Assembly: GCA_965216785.1 (NCBI GenBank)
Contig: OZ244197.1
Location: forward strand, 2,336,001-2,400,000
DNA from: Thermodesulfobacteriota bacterium
Lineage (GTDB): Bacteria > Desulfobacterota_D > UBA1144 > Nemesobacterales > UBA2774
Direction: 5' to 3'
Length of the DNA: 64,000 nt
Below the pieces are notes generated by a model. It saw only the letters and a program-made list of their open reading frames with translations. It had not been told where the DNA came from and did no database searches. Positions 58,029-64,000 of the stretch are shown here, in pieces. Each line of letters begins with the position of its first letter. The first letter of the stretch is position 1. The position numbers were made by a program, and so were the translations under genes.

Positions 58029-58972
58029 TGCTCACTCTCTAGGTCCGGACCGTTCTTTCTTCTCCACCACCAGGCTATAGCGGAGCCTGATATAGTATGC
58101 CAGATACTGAATATGGCGCCCGGAAGGGCGGCGAGGGCGCCGAAATACATATTGGCGAGCGCCACCGCCAGGCCCGAGTTCTGCATGCCTATCTCTAACG
58201 ATATGGCCCGCGCTCTCTTCTCGTCCATTCCTACGAGTTTTGCCGTGCCGTATCCGATGGCGAGCCCAAGGGTGTTATGGATTATAACTATTATGGCAAT
58301 TATCGCACCGATCTTTGTTATCGCCGGGGCGTTTGCGGCGACTATGACGCCGACTATAAATATGATAGCTATTGCCGAAACGCTTGGGAGGATGGGCAGT
58401 ACATATTTTATCCGGTCCCTTAGAACCGTCCTTAAGCCCACGCCCAAAGCAACTGGCAGGAGCACAATGAGAGCGGTCGACTTAAACAGCTTCAGCACAG
58501 GGATGTCAATCCACTGCCCCGCGTAAATATACATCAGCAGCGGTATCATGAGGGGCGCAAGCAGGGTCGACACGGACGTTAGAGTTACAGACAGCGCCAG
58601 GTCTCCGCGCGCAAGATAGGTCATCACGTTTGAGGCTGTCCCACCCGGACACGAGCCCACAAGCACAACGCCCGCGGCAAGCACAGGGTCCAGGCCGAAA
58701 GCCCAAGCGAGCGCGAATCCCAAAAACGGCATCACGAGGTACTGAACGGCGGCTCCCACGCCGACGTCCTTTGGCCTTTGGAAAACCCTCTTGAACTCTC
58801 CAGCCGTGAGCGTGGCTCCCATGCCGAACATAATTATTCCGAGCACCGGGACTATAAGATATGTAAGCGGCGCGAAGGGGGCGGGCTCTAATACTGCTAT
58901 AACTGTGAAGATAATTATCCAGAAAGTGAAGTAATTTGTTACGACTGCGTTTAGGAATCTTAGGTATCTCAA
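58025..58972 (-). CDS. Bile acid:sodium symporter (BASS) family
   Basis: IMFGMG, QY.VMP, CPGGTASN, EIGMQNSGLA. Confidence 0.95.
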   Translation of the reverse strand: MRYLRFLNAVVTNYFTFWIIIFTVIAVLEPAPFAPLTYLIVPVLGIIMFGMGATLTAGEFKRVFQRPKDVGVGAAVQYLVMPFLGFALAWAFGLDPVLAAGVVLVGSCPGGTASNVMTYLARGDLALSVTLTSVSTLLAPLMIPLLMYIYAGQWIDIPVLKLFKSTALIVLLPVALGVGLRTVLRDRIKYVLPILPSVSAIAIIFIVGVIVAANAPAITKIGAIIAIIVIIHNTLGLAIGYGTAKLVGMDEKRARAISLEIGMQNSGLAVALANMYFGALAALPGAIFSIWHTISGSAIAWWWRRKNGPDLESEQ

Positions 58973-59058
58973 ATGAGTTTTTTACCACAAAGCGTTTGGT
59001 GCCAAAAGCTACATAAGATCGTGAAAAGTGTCAATCGTCAAATGTGCATGGCGCACAC

Positions 59059-59499
59059 TTATTCCTCTTCCTTATCTTCCTGAGGGAGAGAGGGTGATGC
59101 CTGAACGGCGAAAGCGAGCTTTGAGAGTCCCTCTGACTTGGCGATGTCCATAATCTCCACAACTTTACCGTGCGGTACGTCGTTGTCGGCTCTGATGATT
59201 ACTAGCGAGTCCTTGTCCTTTACTTCATTCAGCTTCTTTTTGAGCTCGCTCTCGTCAATTGTGTCGTCGTTATAAACGATGCTTCCATCCTTTGTGAGGT
59301 TAATGGTCAGCTGCTCAATCTTTACAGGTTCTGCGGAAGAAGCCGAGGGGAGCTTGACGTTTATACCTCCGGATGTGGCGGCGAAGTTTAGCGAGAGGGC
59401 AAAGAATATAAGTAGGTTGAAAACGACGTCCACCACGGGAGTCAAATCGAGAGCCGATCCTGTGCCTACTCCGTTTTTAACCTTACGTCTGAACTTCAT
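59059..59499 (-). CDS. exbD: ExbD/TolR family protein
   Basis: LTPVVDVVFNLLIFF, IRAD. Confidence 0.9.
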   Translation of the reverse strand: MKFRRKVKNGVGTGSALDLTPVVDVVFNLLIFFALSLNFAATSGGINVKLPSASSAEPVKIEQLTINLTKDGSIVYNDDTIDESELKKKLNEVKDKDSLVIIRADNDVPHGKVVEIMDIAKSEGLSKLAFAVQASPSLPQEDKEEE

Positions 59500-60155
59500 C
59501 CCAGTATGTCCTCTTTATTGTCCACAGTTCCGTCTTTTGTAGCCATTATGTAGTCAAGAATTTTGCGTCCTTCCTCTTCGAGCATAGATATATAGTCGTC
59601 TGCCCGGCCGTTTAGGTATTTATAAGCAATGAATGCGGGTATGGCTATCAAGAGCCCGAATGCCGTAGTGTAAAGAGCCTCTGAGATTCCTCCCGCAAGC
59701 TCGGGCGGGTTGACGATGGGCTTATCCGCGATGACCCTGAATATCTTGATCATACCGGAGATTGTGCCCAATAGACCGAGCAGAGTACTAACGTTACTGA
59801 CGGCGCCTAGCCCTTCGTTATAGCGGATTAGATCGTTTGCTTCTTTTCTTCCCGCCTCCTCTATCTCCTCGCGGAGCTCTTCCTTTGGCCTCTCTGCGTT
59901 CTCTAAAGCGGCTACAGCGATTCTTGATACGGATGAGTCGTTAGAGCGGGCGTATACCTGGGCTTCGCCTGTTTTGCCTTGTACCATAAGGCCGTAGAAA
60001 TGATCGAGGAACTTTTCGGGTATGACTTTCTTGGTCCTGAGCGTCCACATTTTCTGAATGAATATCGCAAGTCCCACGACAGAGCATAGGATGATCGGAT
60101 AGGCAAATATTCCGGCTTTTCTTATAAGCTCGACAACGCCTGTATCTAAATCCAT
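59496..60155 (-). CDS. exbB: MotA/TolQ/ExbB proton channel
   Basis: LLGLLGTISGMI, GISEALYTTAFGL.IAIP. Confidence 0.9.
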   Translation of the reverse strand: MDLDTGVVELIRKAGIFAYPIILCSVVGLAIFIQKMWTLRTKKVIPEKFLDHFYGLMVQGKTGEAQVYARSNDSSVSRIAVAALENAERPKEELREEIEEAGRKEANDLIRYNEGLGAVSNVSTLLGLLGTISGMIKIFRVIADKPIVNPPELAGGISEALYTTAFGLLIAIPAFIAYKYLNGRADDYISMLEEEGRKILDYIMATKDGTVDNKEDILG

Positions 60156-60441
60156 CGGTACCTCCGGAAAGTATTAAGTCATGTATTAGATGTAAAACTG
60201 TAATGCAAGATTCTATTTGATTTTGTAATAGGATAACCACGGCTACTCTCAGGTCAACACAGACTGTGTCTGTAGACATACGAGTGCTCTACGCCTACGT
60301 TACTTCCCAGCAAATCGCGACCTTTACAACCTTATGGAGGAAAACCGCGTGATAATAATACAGATATAAACTGTTGCTTTATATAGCCGGGGTGAAAGAA
60401 TGTTGCAATTATACACAGAATCGGTAATTTATACGCCTACT

Positions 60442-62163
60442 GTGAGATACTCTCAATATTTTATACCAACACTAAAGGAAGACCCGGCAGACGCTGAAGT
60501 CGTGAGCCATAAGCTCATGATCCGCGCGGGAATGATACGCAAGCTCGCAGCGGGTATTTACAACTACTTGCCGCTCGGGCTACGCTCCGTGGGCAAAGTG
60601 GAGAAGATCGTCCGTGAGGAGATGAACAGGGCAGGGGCTATTGAGCTTCTCATGCCTGCAGTGCTTCCTTCCGAGCTTTGGGAGGAGAGCGGGCGCTGGG
60701 ACGTTTACGGAAAAGAGCTTTTACGCTTTAAAGACAGGGCAGATAGGGAGTTTTGCATAGGCCCTACGCACGAAGAGATAATAACAGACATAGTGCGCCG
60801 TGACATACGCTCCTACAAGGAGCTTCCGGTAAACCTGTATCAGATACAGACTAAATTTAGAGACGAAATACGCCCTCGCTTCGGTGTGATGCGCGCCCGC
60901 GAGTTCATAATGAAGGACGCGTACAGCTTTGACGCCGACATAGAGGGGGCGGAGAAGTCTTACTGGGCCATGTATGAGGCGTATACCAAGATATTCGAGC
61001 GCTGCGGCCTAGAGTTTCGGGCTGTTTTAGCCGACACGGGTAATATCGGTGGGAACTTCTCTCACGAGTTCATGGTGCTGGCCCCGACAGGGGAAGATAT
61101 CATTATGAGCTGCAGTAAGTGCGACTACGCGGCAAACCTGGAGCTGGCGGAAGTAGGCGAAGGTGCCGGGAGTGCTCAAAAAGGCGGCACAGAGGGGGCC
61201 GAAGAGGTAAAAGAGGTACATACGCCCGCTCTCAAAACAGTTGAAGAAGTAGCTGAACAATTAAATGTAAGACCCTCTGATTTAATAAAAACTATGATCG
61301 TTATGGCTGACGGTGAGCCTCTGGCCGCTCTAGTGCGGGGAGATCATGAGCTTAGCCTTACGAAGCTCAGAAAATCACTCGGCGCGGAGCTGGTGGAGCT
61401 TGCCACCCCGGACGTTATTGACCAAACAACAGGCGGTCCGATGGGATTCAGCGGCCCTGTGGGGCTAAACGCTCGTATTATTGCGGATAAATCTGTAAAA
61501 GATATGGGAGTTTCGGTAACGGGGGCGAATAAAGCTGACTATCACGTAATAAATGTAGTATTGGGAAGGGATTACGAGGTAAAAGAGTTTGCCGACATTA
61601 GGGTTGCGGAAGACGGGGACAAATGCCCCAACTGTGACGGCGGCACGCTAGTATCTACAAGAGGAATAGAGGTAGGGCATGTATTTATGCTGGGGACCAA
61701 GTACAGCGATGCTATGAACGCCAAGTTCGTTGACAAGGACGGCAAGGAAAAGCCTTTTATTATGGGATGTTATGGCATAGGGATAGGGCGTACAGTGGCC
61801 GCGGCGATAGAGCAGAACCACGATGAGAGCGGTATGATATTCCCAGAGGCTTTAGCGCCATTTCAGGTAACTGTGCTTCCTCTAAAAGTTAAGGACGAAG
61901 AAGTAATGAAAGCCTCAGAGGAGATTTATAAGGAGCTTATTGATCTTGGGTATGAGGCGATAATAGACGACAGGGATGTAGGACCCGGGTTTAAGTTTAA
62001 GGACGCCGAGCTGATAGGAATCCCTGTGCAGGTAGCGGTCGGGCCAAGGACGATTAAAGAGGGAGAAGCGGAGCTGAAAGTCAGAAAAACGGGCGATTCG
62101 AGGAATATAAAACTTAAAGAAGTAGTTCAAGAAGTGCAAGAGCTATTATCTGTAATAAGTTGA
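60442..62163 (+). CDS. proS: Proline--tRNA ligase with editing insertion
   Basis: GPTHEE, KFRDEIRPRFG..R.REF.MKDAYSF, GIEVGH.F.LG, MGCYGIG; probable GTG start 60442. Confidence 0.98.
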   Translation: MRYSQYFIPTLKEDPADAEVVSHKLMIRAGMIRKLAAGIYNYLPLGLRSVGKVEKIVREEMNRAGAIELLMPAVLPSELWEESGRWDVYGKELLRFKDRADREFCIGPTHEEIITDIVRRDIRSYKELPVNLYQIQTKFRDEIRPRFGVMRAREFIMKDAYSFDADIEGAEKSYWAMYEAYTKIFERCGLEFRAVLADTGNIGGNFSHEFMVLAPTGEDIIMSCSKCDYAANLELAEVGEGAGSAQKGGTEGAEEVKEVHTPALKTVEEVAEQLNVRPSDLIKTMIVMADGEPLAALVRGDHELSLTKLRKSLGAELVELATPDVIDQTTGGPMGFSGPVGLNARIIADKSVKDMGVSVTGANKADYHVINVVLGRDYEVKEFADIRVAEDGDKCPNCDGGTLVSTRGIEVGHVFMLGTKYSDAMNAKFVDKDGKEKPFIMGCYGIGIGRTVAAAIEQNHDESGMIFPEALAPFQVTVLPLKVKDEEVMKASEEIYKELIDLGYEAIIDDRDVGPGFKFKDAELIGIPVQVAVGPRTIKEGEAELKVRKTGDSRNIKLKEVVQEVQELLSVIS

Positions 62164-62202
62164 TATTATGGGGTAAATATACTTAAAGTAAAATATTAAG
62201 AA

Positions 62203-62925
62203 ATGCTAAGACCTAATCTTACACCAAATGAGCGTATTATACTCGCTCTTGATTTCCCAAGGCGGGAAATTGCCGAGCAATGGGTCCAGAAACTAGTCGG
62301 AAAGATAAAGACATTTAAAGTAGGACCCATACTTTTTCTGGATTCGGGACCTGACGGAGTTATCGATCTTCAGGATATGGGCGCTGATATTTTTCTGGAC
62401 ATGAAATTCCACGATATCCCCTCAACAGTTGAAAAATCCGCGCGTCAGGCCACCACTTTAGGGGTAAGAATGCTCACAATTCACGCATCCGGCGGAATTC
62501 GGATGATGGAGAGCGTCTCTAAGGGTGTAAAAGAGGAATCCGAGGGGTTAGGTATACCCAAACCCGTAATTTTGGCCGTAACTGTGTTAACGAGCCAAGA
62601 TCAGGATAGTTTAGCTGAAATCGGGGTGAATTCCACAACCCAGGATTCTGTGCTGAGACTCGCTTCATTGGCGGAAAAAGCCAATATTGACGGGCTCGTA
62701 TGCTCGGGGTTGGAAGTTGAGATGCTGAGAAGAGAATTCGGCAACCGTTTTACCCTCGTAGTACCAGGCATCCGTCCCGGCACAGCCGCTCACGATCAAA
62801 AGCGGGTTGTTACCCCAAAAGAGGCAGTTTCACTCGGCGCGGACTACTTGGTAATAGGCCGTGCGATAACAGAAGCCGACAACCCCGAAGCTGTGATTGA
62901 CGGAATTATTGAGTCTCTTGGTTGA
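62203..62925 (+). CDS. pyrF: Orotidine-5'-phosphate decarboxylase
   Basis: ALD, KVG, DMKFHDIP.TV, PGIR, DQKR, GRAI. Confidence 0.97.
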   Translation: MLRPNLTPNERIILALDFPRREIAEQWVQKLVGKIKTFKVGPILFLDSGPDGVIDLQDMGADIFLDMKFHDIPSTVEKSARQATTLGVRMLTIHASGGIRMMESVSKGVKEESEGLGIPKPVILAVTVLTSQDQDSLAEIGVNSTTQDSVLRLASLAEKANIDGLVCSGLEVEMLRREFGNRFTLVVPGIRPGTAAHDQKRVVTPKEAVSLGADYLVIGRAITEADNPEAVIDGIIESLG

Positions 62926-62984
62926 GCATATAGTCAAAAAATCAGTAGGTTACAGCTTATTCTTTCTGTATGCTTTAATACCAA

Positions 62985-63446
62985 ATGAGAAGAAGCAAAA
63001 GTCAGCTACTTGTGTCACTCCTATTTTTTATATCTTTAGTTATTTCCCTGAACTCTACCTACGCAAAGGATATTAAGGATGAGGTTGTAAAACGAACCAG
63101 CCTGGATGAGGAAATTTCGGTTTTCTGCCTCCGAAACTGCGCAGGGAACGAGCGAAAGGGGTATTTGAAAAGTTTTACAGTAGAGCAAATGAATAACGGG
63201 CATTATCAGGTAGTCGGAAAAGCCGCTCTTCAAAACCGTCATGTCATAAAGAGCTATATCATTTATGACCACACGGTTGTCGTAAACACGCTCGGGACCC
63301 TTAACCCGGAAAACTGCAAGCTTCGAATTGATGATGTCTTTATCGAGAACGATTACAGGGGCCTTTTTACAGCCATGCTTAAAAACCACGGAGAGGTCGT
63401 AGGTAAAGTGGAGAGGATTCCCAACTGCCGTAGTTTTATTGATTAG
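62985..63446 (+). CDS. Hypothetical exported protein with four Cys
   Basis: Signal peptide; 153-aa ORF. Confidence 0.7.
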   Translation: MRRSKSQLLVSLLFFISLVISLNSTYAKDIKDEVVKRTSLDEEISVFCLRNCAGNERKGYLKSFTVEQMNNGHYQVVGKAALQNRHVIKSYIIYDHTVVVNTLGTLNPENCKLRIDDVFIENDYRGLFTAMLKNHGEVVGKVERIPNCRSFID

Positions 63447-63540
63447 CGTTCCAAGCGCGTTTAAGGGATTCCCAATCTCTACTGCTTCCTCTGGAAGATT
63501 TATCTGAAAGTTGGTATGATGAGGAATTACTTAAAGGATT

Positions 63541-63567
63541 AGACCCTGAAACGAGTTCAGGGTGATG
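63541..63567 (-). repeat. REP-like palindrome
   Basis: AGACCCTGAAACGAGTTCAGGGTGATG, same architecture as the 38667 unit. Confidence 0.75.
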
Positions 63568-63573
63568 GTAAAA

Positions 63574-64000
63574 ATGGCGGGCTATAAAAACTTAACCAGA
63601 AGAGAAGCTCTCAAACTTGGCGGTCTGACAATACTTGCCACGACATTAGGGTCTTGCGCCAAGAAGGTGCCTGAATACTCGGGCATGTATTCAAGAAGAT
63701 TTAATCCGGTCATCGTATCTGAGCAAAGGGTGCTAAGAGAGCTTGTGGGGCTAAGACCGTATCGGCCACAGGGTTTTGTTGTGAGGCATCAAAGGCTGGG
63801 GATGAAGGACGTCGTCCATAACTACGGTCACGGCGGGGGAGGGGTATCACTGTGCTGGGGCACCTCACACATGGCTGTCGATAAGGCGGTTGAGCTCGGA
63901 CACCGTGAGTGCGCCGTGCTGGGCTCAGGCATTGTGGGTCTTTGCACTGCGACGTTACTTCAGCGGGCCGGATACGGGGTCACTATATATACTAAAGAGC
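63574..64000 (+). CDS. Tat-exported D-amino-acid-oxidase-like flavoprotein (3'-truncated; absent from the ORF track)
   Basis: Manual translation: TRREALK..LGSC, GLRPYR, HNYGHGGGGVSLCWG, VLGSGIVGL. Confidence 0.85.
   Translation, partial: MAGYKNLTRREALKLGGLTILATTLGSCAKKVPEYSGMYSRRFNPVIVSEQRVLRELVGLRPYRPQGFVVRHQRLGMKDVVHNYGHGGGGVSLCWGTSHMAVDKAVELGHRECAVLGSGIVGLCTATLLQRAGYGVTIYTKE

Noticed and set aside
60330-60350. T-box upstream of proS (GGAGGAAAACCGCG)
   Set aside because: Lacks the UGGN-ACC bulge spacing and a following terminator

Overview
Bacterial chromosomal window of about 57 CDS, with no rRNA, tRNA, CRISPR array or intact integrase/transposase seen. Gene content (CxxxY-type CcmE, cobA-hemD fusion, mqnC, minimal PTS) suggests a deltaproteobacteria-like lineage; this is inference only. 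Core genes: ccmE/F, rsmE, cobA-hemD, sufU/sufS, perR, eda, glgA, mqnC, ptsH/ptsI, exbBD, proS, pyrF. Main observations: (1) a dormancy-like stress cluster (USPs, Hsp20, CBS, Rv2004c-like kinase, P-type ATPase, VIT1) with four sigma54-type promoters sharing a near-invariant enhancer-like site TGTCAGATWATAAGAC in three copies; (2) an ADH-CHAD-ParA-CYTH operon that could position polyphosphate granules; (3) an integrase-less AT-rich islet inserted into the 3' end of a glutamate-synthase-family gene, with a duplicated coding gene end and a large gene split at a TTT-TAG site; (4) a candidate sRNA followed by a helicase remnant and a cassette bounded by 56-bp inverted repeats that carries an Abi-like gene; (5) a family of GTC-tagged palindromic repeats with covarying stems. 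Family assignments come from motif recognition by eye, not database searches.
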